DNA from: an uncultured bacterium
GTDB lineage: Bacteria > Hydrothermota > UBA3073 > NMUJ01 > CBEVQO01
Reading direction: 5' to 3'
Length of the DNA stretch: 64,000 nt
Assembly: GCA_965552055.1 (NCBI GenBank)
Contig: CBEVQO010000005.1
Span: 96,001 to 160,000 of the forward strand
Below are positions 27,938 to 36,129 of this stretch, one piece after another. The stretch's first letter is position 1. Every line of letters starts with the position of its first letter. The position numbers and the translations under genes were made by a program. Under the pieces are notes generated by a model. That model made no database searches, was not told the origin of the DNA, and saw only the letters and a list, made by a program, of their open reading frames with translations.

Positions 27938-29132
27938 TATAGAAATAAAAAGAGAAGAAGTAAAATCAATAAGATTGTCTTTTTCTGATAAAAAATTGAT
28001 AAATTGCGAGAGAAGAATTGCGAAAGTGATAACTGTTAGATTAAGTGATGAGAAAAAAAGTGTGATAGTAAGCGGAAGTTTGCCAGAGCAGGAGCTGATA
28101 TTGAGGGCAAGAAATCTTTTGAAATACGGAGAAGAAAGAGATTTTGAACTATCACCTGCTCAAACGATTTCAGAAAAAATGCAATTTAAAGAACCAGACA
28201 TTAAAAGAATTTGCGAAAAAATAAGAGAAATTATGCCAGAAAATCTATCATCCGAATTATTCTTTGAAATAGGAGATGTAAGCGTAAATCATGAAAATAC
28301 AAAAGGTTTTTCAGGTGAATACTCAAAAAGATACTATTCTATATCTTTCTCGATTCCAGTGGAACACGAAGGAGAAATAATTTTTCTGAATTACTCGGAT
28401 ATTTCTACTGCCGATAATTCCAGAGAAATCATAAAAGAATTGTTGAAAGAATATGAAAGTTTTCCAAAGAAAAGAGAAAAAGAACCTGCTAATTTGCCTG
28501 TTGTTTTGCATCCGGATGCTGTTTCAGACTTAATCAAAATGTGCACTTATTTTGCAAGGGGTGAGTATATACACAAATGTGTGAGTCCTTTTTGTGATAA
28601 ATTAGGAGAAAAGATATTTTCCGGGGAATTGACAATTGAGCATATACCTGATGATAAAAATTTCGCAGGATGGCGTCCTTTTGACGATGAGTGTACACCA
28701 ACAAAGAGATTTAAGTTTATAGAAAAAGGTGTATTGAGGAATTTATTTTTATCGCGAAAGAGTGCAAAAAAGTTATCCCTTGAACCAAATGGGTGCGCTA
28801 TATTCGGAGAATCACCGTTTTTCAGAATTGAAGAGACAGCACTTGCTCTGGATGTTTATCCAGGTAAAAATTTATTAACTTCATTAAAAGATTTTATTTT
28901 GATAAGAGATGCATCTTTTGATATTTATCCAACAGGTGAATTCGTGGCAGATTGCATACTTGCATATCTTTACAGGAAAGGCAAAAAAGAAAAATATTTG
29001 AGAAGCTTCCAGATAGCTGGAAACATTTTCGATATACTTGGTAAAAATTTAATCTTTTTGAGCAAGAAAAGAATAAGAATAGGAAATATAATAGCTCCCT
29101 ATATTGGTTTTTCAGGTGTAAAAATTATATAA
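27927..29132 (+). CDS. pmbA: PmbA/TldE family protein
   Basis: PFDDE motif and IAGNIFDIL; follows tldD. Confidence 0.75.
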   Translation: MAIDIEIKREEVKSIRLSFSDKKLINCERRIAKVITVRLSDEKKSVIVSGSLPEQELILRARNLLKYGEERDFELSPAQTISEKMQFKEPDIKRICEKIREIMPENLSSELFFEIGDVSVNHENTKGFSGEYSKRYYSISFSIPVEHEGEIIFLNYSDISTADNSREIIKELLKEYESFPKKREKEPANLPVVLHPDAVSDLIKMCTYFARGEYIHKCVSPFCDKLGEKIFSGELTIEHIPDDKNFAGWRPFDDECTPTKRFKFIEKGVLRNLFLSRKSAKKLSLEPNGCAIFGESPFFRIEETALALDVYPGKNLLTSLKDFILIRDASFDIYPTGEFVADCILAYLYRKGKKEKYLRSFQIAGNIFDILGKNLIFLSKKRIRIGNIIAPYIGFSGVKII

Positions 29133-29461
29133 ATTTTTAGCCCCGCCTCCCTATCCCCACCGCCCTCGTGCACACCCCTCGCTACCAAAAGGCATTGTCT
29201 TGACCACTCACGCTCTTTAAAATGCCCTACCCGTAATAAAGCAAGTTCGCAACCGAAACCTCAATCACATCAAAAACTGCACTACTGCACTCTATAACCT
29301 CTCCCCATAATGAGTGTAGTATCGCACCTAAATCGGCTCCCGCTTTCATTACCACTACCCTTAAAAATCTCCATTTCTGCTCCCAAAATGCAGTTCAGCT
29401 CTCACCGCTCGGGGTGTTGACTCACAACCCATATGTAATGTGCTCGCTTACGCTCGCATTA
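29133..29461 (+). repeat. Dispersed GC-rich intergenic repeat, longest copy (~220-nt central insert)
   Basis: ATTTTTAGCCCCGCCTCCC ... CACCCCTCGCT[insert]CGCTCGGGGTG ... CCCATATGTAATGTGCTCGCTTACGCTCGCATTA; bounded by the inverted repeat AAATTTTTA/TAAAAATTT. Confidence 0.85.
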
Positions 29462-29520
29462 AAAATTTTACAGGTTAACCTGATACTGATGTGGCTTCTT
29501 ACCTCCTGTGAAATAATTTG

Positions 29521-29564
29521 TTGACAGAGGAAAATGTTAATTATAATATGCAAAAGGAGGGAGT
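29521..29564 (+). promoter_or_regulatory. Promoter TTGACA-N15-TATAAT with Shine-Dalgarno
   Basis: TTGACA 29521-29526, TATAAT 29542-29547, AAGGAGG before GTG 29565. Confidence 0.75.
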
Positions 29565-31562
29565 GTGAGGCATGTTGCTTTATTATTCATCATTTTTACA
29601 GGGACGGCTTTCGCAAAGGTATGGGTTGTTGATACCACAGGTGCAGAGGGCAAAAAGCTACAATCTGCAATTGACTCCGCATGGCAAGACCCGGGGATTG
29701 ATACTGTGCTGGTAAAGGATGGAACCTATCATCTATTTATAAATGACACTATGGGCTTGATAATGCATGATTCTGTGGTGCTCATGAGTGAAAACGGAGC
29801 TGAAAAATGCACATTAACAGCTGTATCAGAGGATGGCACAGATACCGCATGGCATGTCATCTATTGCAGTGGATGGGATACTGCATCGCACGCAGCACTT
29901 ATAAAGGGCTTCACCATAAAAGATGGCAATGCAACGGGTCCTTCTTCTCACACTTGGGGAGGCGGAATCTACATTTATTCTGCGTCACCCACAATAGATT
30001 CATGTATAATCACAAACAATTCTGCTAGTGGCGGTGGAGGAATTTTCATTTATTACTATTCTTCCCCCGCATTATTAGGCAATACAATTACAAACAATTA
30101 TGCTGATGCTGGTAGCGGAATTTTTATCTGGTGCCATTCTTCTCCCACAGTATCAGGCAATACAATTGCAAACAATCATGCTTATTATGGCGGCGGAATT
30201 TTCATATCTGATTATTCTTCCCCTACAGTGTCAGGTAATACAATTACAAATAATTATGTTAATAACTATGGCGGCGGGATTTTCATAACAGACTATTCTT
30301 CACCCTTATTATCATGCAACACAATTATAAACAATCATGCTGATGATGGCGGTGGAATTTACATTTCCTTTTCTTCTTTTCCCATATTAACAGGAAATAC
30401 AATCACAAACAATCGTGCTTTTGTTAACGGTGGAGGTGTTTTAATTGAACTTCGTTCCTCACCCACATTATTATACAATGCTATTACAGATAATCTTGCT
30501 TCATATGGTAGCGGAATTTTCATTACAAATTATTCTTCCGTAAAGATAACAAAATGCGTAATCGGAATGAACAAAAGCAATTATGGTGGTGCAATATATG
30601 ACACACTTCATTCAAAAATTATAATCGACAGTTCGTTCATTGTGGATAATGTAGGTCTCGCTTATATTGCATCTGATGCAGATTCAGGAGTGACATTCAA
30701 ACTAACATACAGCCATATATATTATAACACTTTACAGCAAGATACCGAAATCAAAAATTTTTCGGGTGTAACTATAAATCTTGAAAATAATTTCTGGTGG
30801 GACACAACAGATGCAGAAATATCTGCAAAAATATCGGGTGCAAATGACCATACCCCGTGGTTCAGCCACTTTATACCGGGTGTGCCGGGTGAACCCGTTA
30901 GCATTGACTCTTTTAAAAATTACGATAAAGATTTCTCACAAGTTATTGACTCACTTGGCAAAGAAGATACACTTTACATAAGGATTTACGGACAGGATAG
31001 GGATGCACATATACATGAAATCGCAGTGGTAATAATAAAATCGAGTGTTTATCCACAGGGAATAGCAGTTGGGCTCGTTGAAACAGATACAAATTCAGGA
31101 ATATATGAAGGCAAAGCTTATGTTCTGGAAAGCACAGGAAATGACGATATAAGGGATGACGATATAAATCAAATTATCCGTGTTAATCCAGATGGAGACG
31201 ATATTTTCATCATCAGCAATATTGAGCCACAGAAAAAATTTTATGTTAAATATAAAAAAGGTGCTGGGATAAAAGAAATTTCAGTAGAAAAATTCAAAGT
31301 AAGCAATATGCCAAATCCATTCAGCAAATTCACAAAGATTAAATATCAATTGCCAGAAGAAGAAAAAGTAAGGATTGAAATAATAGATGTAACAGGAAGA
31401 TTGATAAAAGTATTGGTTAATGAAAAGAAATCACCGGGATTTCATTCTGTAACATGGAAAGGTGAAGACGCCAGAGGCAAAACTGTTCCACCTGGAATCT
31501 ACTTCTATCTCATAAAAGCAGGCAAAAACAAAGCAATAAAGAAAATGATAAAATTGAAATAA
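29565..31562 (+). CDS. Secreted right-handed beta-helix protein with FlgD-Ig/T9SS-like C-terminal domain
   Basis: Signal peptide; GGGIFI..YSSP....NTITNN repeats; C-terminal PNPF...IDVTGRLIKVL...PGIYFY...KKMIKLK. Confidence 0.82.
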   Translation: MRHVALLFIIFTGTAFAKVWVVDTTGAEGKKLQSAIDSAWQDPGIDTVLVKDGTYHLFINDTMGLIMHDSVVLMSENGAEKCTLTAVSEDGTDTAWHVIYCSGWDTASHAALIKGFTIKDGNATGPSSHTWGGGIYIYSASPTIDSCIITNNSASGGGGIFIYYYSSPALLGNTITNNYADAGSGIFIWCHSSPTVSGNTIANNHAYYGGGIFISDYSSPTVSGNTITNNYVNNYGGGIFITDYSSPLLSCNTIINNHADDGGGIYISFSSFPILTGNTITNNRAFVNGGGVLIELRSSPTLLYNAITDNLASYGSGIFITNYSSVKITKCVIGMNKSNYGGAIYDTLHSKIIIDSSFIVDNVGLAYIASDADSGVTFKLTYSHIYYNTLQQDTEIKNFSGVTINLENNFWWDTTDAEISAKISGANDHTPWFSHFIPGVPGEPVSIDSFKNYDKDFSQVIDSLGKEDTLYIRIYGQDRDAHIHEIAVVIIKSSVYPQGIAVGLVETDTNSGIYEGKAYVLESTGNDDIRDDDINQIIRVNPDGDDIFIISNIEPQKKFYVKYKKGAGIKEISVEKFKVSNMPNPFSKFTKIKYQLPEEEKVRIEIIDVTGRLIKVLVNEKKSPGFHSVTWKGEDARGKTVPPGIYFYLIKAGKNKAIKKMIKLK

Positions 31563-31592
31563 AGTTGATTATAATATGAAAAAGGGGGGAGT

Positions 31593-32291
31593 ATGTGCAA
31601 ATGCTTGATTATTGCTTTAATATTTGGATTGCACGAAGGAGAATTTGGTGGGGGTGTAGGTTTTATTAAAGGTTATTATTTCATGTCTGGAATCACCGGT
31701 TTTATGAGAGGACTCTCACCAATGTGGGAAAATATATTTGAAGGTGAAAATATAAGTCCGATTCTCTCCATAACTGGCATTAAGGGTTATGTTTATATAA
31801 AACATAGGTTCAAGTTGGGAATAATGGCTAACAAAGGTCTAACAAGGGCAAGCGTTGCGTTTGATACTCTCTATTACTCGTGCTTATTTTCGATTGATTA
31901 TTGGACATTCTTAATGGAATATTCCCCTGTGAGACAAGTTGGTTTCGAGATGATATTTAATATAGGGCTCGGCACAGGCAATGCTACCTTGAATTTATTA
32001 AAAATAAGGCGATTACCATGTTGGGAGGAAATATGTGAAAATGAAGAAGACGGATGGGGCTCTTCTGAACTCTACGCAGATTTTGGAAATCTTACATTGG
32101 GAATCGAATTGTTATTCCCAATAATCTCATGCTTTAAAATAGGTTTAGGAGGGGGCTTAATTTACAGTAAAATACCATTCGGCAGTTGGTACTTACATCG
32201 AAGAGGATATCGTGTTCCTGATTCTAAAGGAGTTAATCTCGAAGGATTCACTTTTACAATTACAATTGCATTTGATAGACGCAATTTTTAA
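31593..32291 (+). CDS. Hypothetical outer-membrane beta-barrel protein
   Basis: Alternating hydrophobic/Gly strands, C-terminal Phe. Confidence 0.5.
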   Translation: MCKCLIIALIFGLHEGEFGGGVGFIKGYYFMSGITGFMRGLSPMWENIFEGENISPILSITGIKGYVYIKHRFKLGIMANKGLTRASVAFDTLYYSCLFSIDYWTFLMEYSPVRQVGFEMIFNIGLGTGNATLNLLKIRRLPCWEEICENEEDGWGSSELYADFGNLTLGIELLFPIISCFKIGLGGGLIYSKIPFGSWYLHRRGYRVPDSKGVNLEGFTFTITIAFDRRNF

Positions 32292-32293
32292 TT

Positions 32294-33946
32294 ATGAATA
32301 AATTGCGTAAAATTTTGAATGAGATTGATGGAAAAGGTTATGGTGCTTACAAGCGCCTTTATGGAGAATATAATTTTGGCAAATATACTCTTGAAATTAC
32401 AAAAGTTCAGCCCGACCCCTATGCTCCACCATCTCGCGCAATTATAAAAATACCACAAAAAATAGCAAGATTCCCAAAAGAGGCATATTCAAATCTTTCG
32501 AGAAAAACAGCGTTGATAGATTTTCTGACAAGATTATTTGCTAAAAATATAAAAAATCCAGATATTAAATGTGCGAGGTGCGGACAGGAGATACTTTTGA
32601 GGTCATCAGTTGAAATCACGGATAATTTTTTAAAATTTAAGTTAAAAATTGAATTGCCAGCAGCAGGAAGGAGAATCCTCGGAGATAAGGCATACAAAAT
32701 ATTTTTTAAAGATTTGCCACAGATTGTTGAAAAAACTTTAATTTATGATAATATTCCAAAAAATGAGTTGTGGAGACATATTGAGATTTGTGAAGACCAG
32801 GATTTTCTGCGTGAAAAATTAAAAGAAGAAGGTCTAATTGCATTTGTGAGAGAAGGCGCTGTCCTTCCCCGTAAATCAGGCGTTGACCCGCGTCCCCTTC
32901 CAAATGCAGTAAAATTCATCTCCCCCGATAGTTTAAGAAAAAAGTTTATTTTAAAATCTGGAAGGGAAATTGAAGGCATGGCAATAAAAGAAGGAATAAC
33001 AATAATTTGTGGTGGTGGATTTCATGGTAAATCAACGCTCTTAGAGGCGCTGCAATTCGGGGTTTACAACCATATAGAAGGTGATGGAAGAGAATTTGTC
33101 ATAACAAGGGAAGATGCAGTAAAAATAAGGGCAGAAGATGGAAGATACATAGAAAAAGTTGATATATCACCTTTTATTTCGGAGTTGCCCTATGGTAAAG
33201 ATACATTGCACTTTTCAACAGAGGATGCGAGTGGCTCAACTTCTCAGGCAGCAAACATAATGGAAGCGCTTGAGATGGGCTCAAAACTTTTACTTATAGA
33301 TGAAGATACAACAGCAACAAATCTCATGATACGGGATAGAAGGATGCAAAAAGTTGTAATGAAGGAAAAAGAACCAATAACTCCTTTCATAGACAGGATA
33401 AGGGAATTGTGGGAAAGATTTAAAATCTCAGTTATAATGATAACAGGCGGGCTTGGAGATTATTTTGAAGTTGCAGATTATATAATACAGATGGAAAATT
33501 ATCTTCCACATGATATAACCCAAAAAGCAAAAGAAGTTGTGAATGACTTTCCATCCGGAAGGAGTGTAGAAGTGAAAAAAGAATTTCATCTACCTCAACC
33601 CCGCAGAATAGTTAGAAATTCGGTTGACCCGAGAAAAGGTAAAAAGATAAAAATTGACGCAAAAGGAATAGATACTCTGGTTTTTGGCAGGTATCAAATA
33701 GATTTATCATGTGTGGAACAGATTGCAGATGTATCGCAGGTGAAAACCATTGGCGAAATAATTTATTATGCAGTAAAGAAATATGGAAATCTTACAATAA
33801 GGGAGATGATAGAAAGGTCTATCTCCGATACGATAAGGGAAGATTTTAAGAATTTAAGGTCAAAGGATTCGTGTGACTATGCCTTACCACGCAAATACGA
33901 AGTAGCATCAGCCCTTAATCGCTTAAGAACATTAAAAGTGATATAA
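32294..33946 (+). CDS. ABC-class ATPase domain protein (ABC_ATPase/MRB1590-like family)
   Basis: VQPDPYAPPS, LPRKSG, GGGFHGKSTLL, DASGSTSQAA and LLIDED motifs. Confidence 0.85.
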   Translation: MNKLRKILNEIDGKGYGAYKRLYGEYNFGKYTLEITKVQPDPYAPPSRAIIKIPQKIARFPKEAYSNLSRKTALIDFLTRLFAKNIKNPDIKCARCGQEILLRSSVEITDNFLKFKLKIELPAAGRRILGDKAYKIFFKDLPQIVEKTLIYDNIPKNELWRHIEICEDQDFLREKLKEEGLIAFVREGAVLPRKSGVDPRPLPNAVKFISPDSLRKKFILKSGREIEGMAIKEGITIICGGGFHGKSTLLEALQFGVYNHIEGDGREFVITREDAVKIRAEDGRYIEKVDISPFISELPYGKDTLHFSTEDASGSTSQAANIMEALEMGSKLLLIDEDTTATNLMIRDRRMQKVVMKEKEPITPFIDRIRELWERFKISVIMITGGLGDYFEVADYIIQMENYLPHDITQKAKEVVNDFPSGRSVEVKKEFHLPQPRRIVRNSVDPRKGKKIKIDAKGIDTLVFGRYQIDLSCVEQIADVSQVKTIGEIIYYAVKKYGNLTIREMIERSISDTIREDFKNLRSKDSCDYALPRKYEVASALNRLRTLKVI

Positions 33947-33982
33947 ATTGTTGACAAAATCAAATAAGAATTAAAATTTTTG

Positions 33983-35050
33983 ATGTCGATTTATGAGGCA
34001 GAGATAAGAAGGGGGATTTTCCATGAAGATTTTCTTACTTCGAAAGTTTTCGGTATCTTCAACATTGTAAACAAAAAAATTTTGCTTTATAATTTTTTAA
34101 GGTTTCTCGGGATAAATGTTCCGCAAAAGGATTGTGATAGGTTAAAAATAACTTTCTGGCGATTAGAAGGTAAAAGGGTGCCCGATGTTATTATCTCAAA
34201 TGATAGGATTTTGCTTTACATTGAAGCGAAACTGCATTCTATATCGGAACAGCAATTGATAGAAGAATACAAAGACGGTGTTTTGAAATCGCACAAATTC
34301 AAACTAATTGTGATAACTCCGGATATTGTATTACCCGAAGAAATTAAAAAAGTTTTTATGAATTTAAAAGCTACTCGCAAAATAGTTAACATTCAATGGC
34401 TTTCCTGGCGCAAATTAAATAAATTTTTAAAAAAAGAAGCGAGCAGAGTTGATTACAATGATACCGAGCGAAAATTGTTAAAAGAAACTGTGAGATTGCT
34501 TGACGGACTTGGATTTGGCGAATTTAAAGGTTTTAATGTAAAAATCGATAAATTAAAGTTTGATGATTTTCTCACATTACTTTCTGATTTTTCGCATCTA
34601 TGTAAAGATGTTGCAGAAAATCTCGATATTGATATTTTGACTCAAATTTCAAAGTCAAGAGAATCGAAGTCAATAAATTTACCAGAAGAATGGTTGCCAC
34701 ATACATTTACGGTTTATCTTTCAAAAGATAAAAGCAATAAAAATGCACTTTTTCTGGAATTATGTTTAAAAACTCCTATCTGCATAAATTATGGAGTTGA
34801 AATAAAGGAAGATGAAATTGAATTTGAATGTGTTCGTAAGTTTTTTGATTTGAAAAGATTTAGAGCAAGTTTTTTATCACAGGGAATAGAACTTGATTGC
34901 AATTCAGAAGAGGAATTTAGAAATGCTTTATTTTCCGAAACAAAGGGTGTGCGTTTTTTAAGGACATTTTTTGTAAATGATTTGAATGATAAAGATTATT
35001 TCAATTTGATGATTTCAGATTTATCACAACTGCGTGATTTATTATGGTGA
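33983..35050 (+). CDS. PD-(D/E)xK nuclease-like protein
   Basis: HEDFLTSKVFG N-terminus and PDVII...IEAK motif; leaderless promoter TTGACA(33951)-N15-TAAAAT-N5-ATG. Confidence 0.6.
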   Translation: MSIYEAEIRRGIFHEDFLTSKVFGIFNIVNKKILLYNFLRFLGINVPQKDCDRLKITFWRLEGKRVPDVIISNDRILLYIEAKLHSISEQQLIEEYKDGVLKSHKFKLIVITPDIVLPEEIKKVFMNLKATRKIVNIQWLSWRKLNKFLKKEASRVDYNDTERKLLKETVRLLDGLGFGEFKGFNVKIDKLKFDDFLTLLSDFSHLCKDVAENLDIDILTQISKSRESKSINLPEEWLPHTFTVYLSKDKSNKNALFLELCLKTPICINYGVEIKEDEIEFECVRKFFDLKRFRASFLSQGIELDCNSEEEFRNALFSETKGVRFLRTFFVNDLNDKDYFNLMISDLSQLRDLLW

Positions 35051-36129
35051 AAGTGCTGATGATATGCGACCCTTATCCCAATGATGTGAAACCAATAGTT
35101 CAGGTTTATTTGAAGGAGCATGTAGAGATGGCAAAAAGGATAGCAGAAGTGAGATTGCTTGCATTAAATAGATTTCATTTTTTATTAGATAATTTTGTGA
35201 GATTCAAATACAAGGGTGAAAAAATTGAAGTTTATTTTACACAATTTGATAAGTTTTTAAGTTACATTTTGTATTATGTTATAAGTATAATGCTTTATCT
35301 TTTGTATTTTCGCAAATTTTCACCTCATCTTTTGCATGCACACGATGTTTTTCCAGCAGGTTTCCTTGCTTATCTTTTAGCGAAAATTTTTAAGAAAAAA
35401 TATATAATAACAGTACATTCAACCCATCTGATAACCGATAGAATAAATCCACTGAAAAGATTTCTTTTCAGAAGAATATTCGAGAATGCAAAAAAAGTAA
35501 TTTTTGTGAGTAACTATTGTAAGAAAGAAATAGGAAAAAGATTGAATTTGAGTTGTTTTAACTGCATCAGTATTCCAAATCCGGTAGGATTGGTGTCTAT
35601 ACCGCATCATGAATCGAATAATGTGATTTTTGTTGGTAGTATTACAAGAAGAAAAGGAGTCCATAATTTAGTAGAAGCATTTGCTTCTTTAGATACCGAA
35701 GATAATCTTATTTTAATTGGAGATGGTGATATGAGGGAAGAAATAGAAAAAAAGATACATGATAGAGGTATAAAAAATGTAGTGATGAAAGGTATGCTTC
35801 AGCCTTACGAAGTATTTAGAGAAATGGCGCGATGTAAATTTCTTATCTTACCGAGTGAAATAGAGACATTTGGCAAGGTTTTAATCGAAGCTATGTCTCT
35901 TGGGAAACCGGTTATTGCTACAAAATGTGGCGGACCAGAAGAGATAGTTAAGCCTTTTTGCGGGATACTCATCCCAAAAGGAGATGTTAAAGCACTCAAA
36001 GAAGCGATAGAATATATGTTGAAAAACTACAGAAAATACGATTCTGAAAAGATAAAAAAATATGTGGAGGAAAATTTCTCAATAGAAGCAGTAGCAAAAA
36101 AATTAAAGGAGGTGTATTATGAAGCGTGA
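35044..36129 (+). CDS. Glycosyltransferase family 4
   Basis: LLHAH and LPSEIETFGKVLIEAMSLGKPVIATKCGG motifs. Confidence 0.9.
   Translation: MVKVLMICDPYPNDVKPIVQVYLKEHVEMAKRIAEVRLLALNRFHFLLDNFVRFKYKGEKIEVYFTQFDKFLSYILYYVISIMLYLLYFRKFSPHLLHAHDVFPAGFLAYLLAKIFKKKYIITVHSTHLITDRINPLKRFLFRRIFENAKKVIFVSNYCKKEIGKRLNLSCFNCISIPNPVGLVSIPHHESNNVIFVGSITRRKGVHNLVEAFASLDTEDNLILIGDGDMREEIEKKIHDRGIKNVVMKGMLQPYEVFREMARCKFLILPSEIETFGKVLIEAMSLGKPVIATKCGGPEEIVKPFCGILIPKGDVKALKEAIEYMLKNYRKYDSEKIKKYVEENFSIEAVAKKLKEVYYEA

Noticed and set aside
29990..30540. ~70-bp imperfect tandem repeats
   Set aside because: Explained by the coding repeats of the beta-helix (GGGIFI...SSP...NTITNN).
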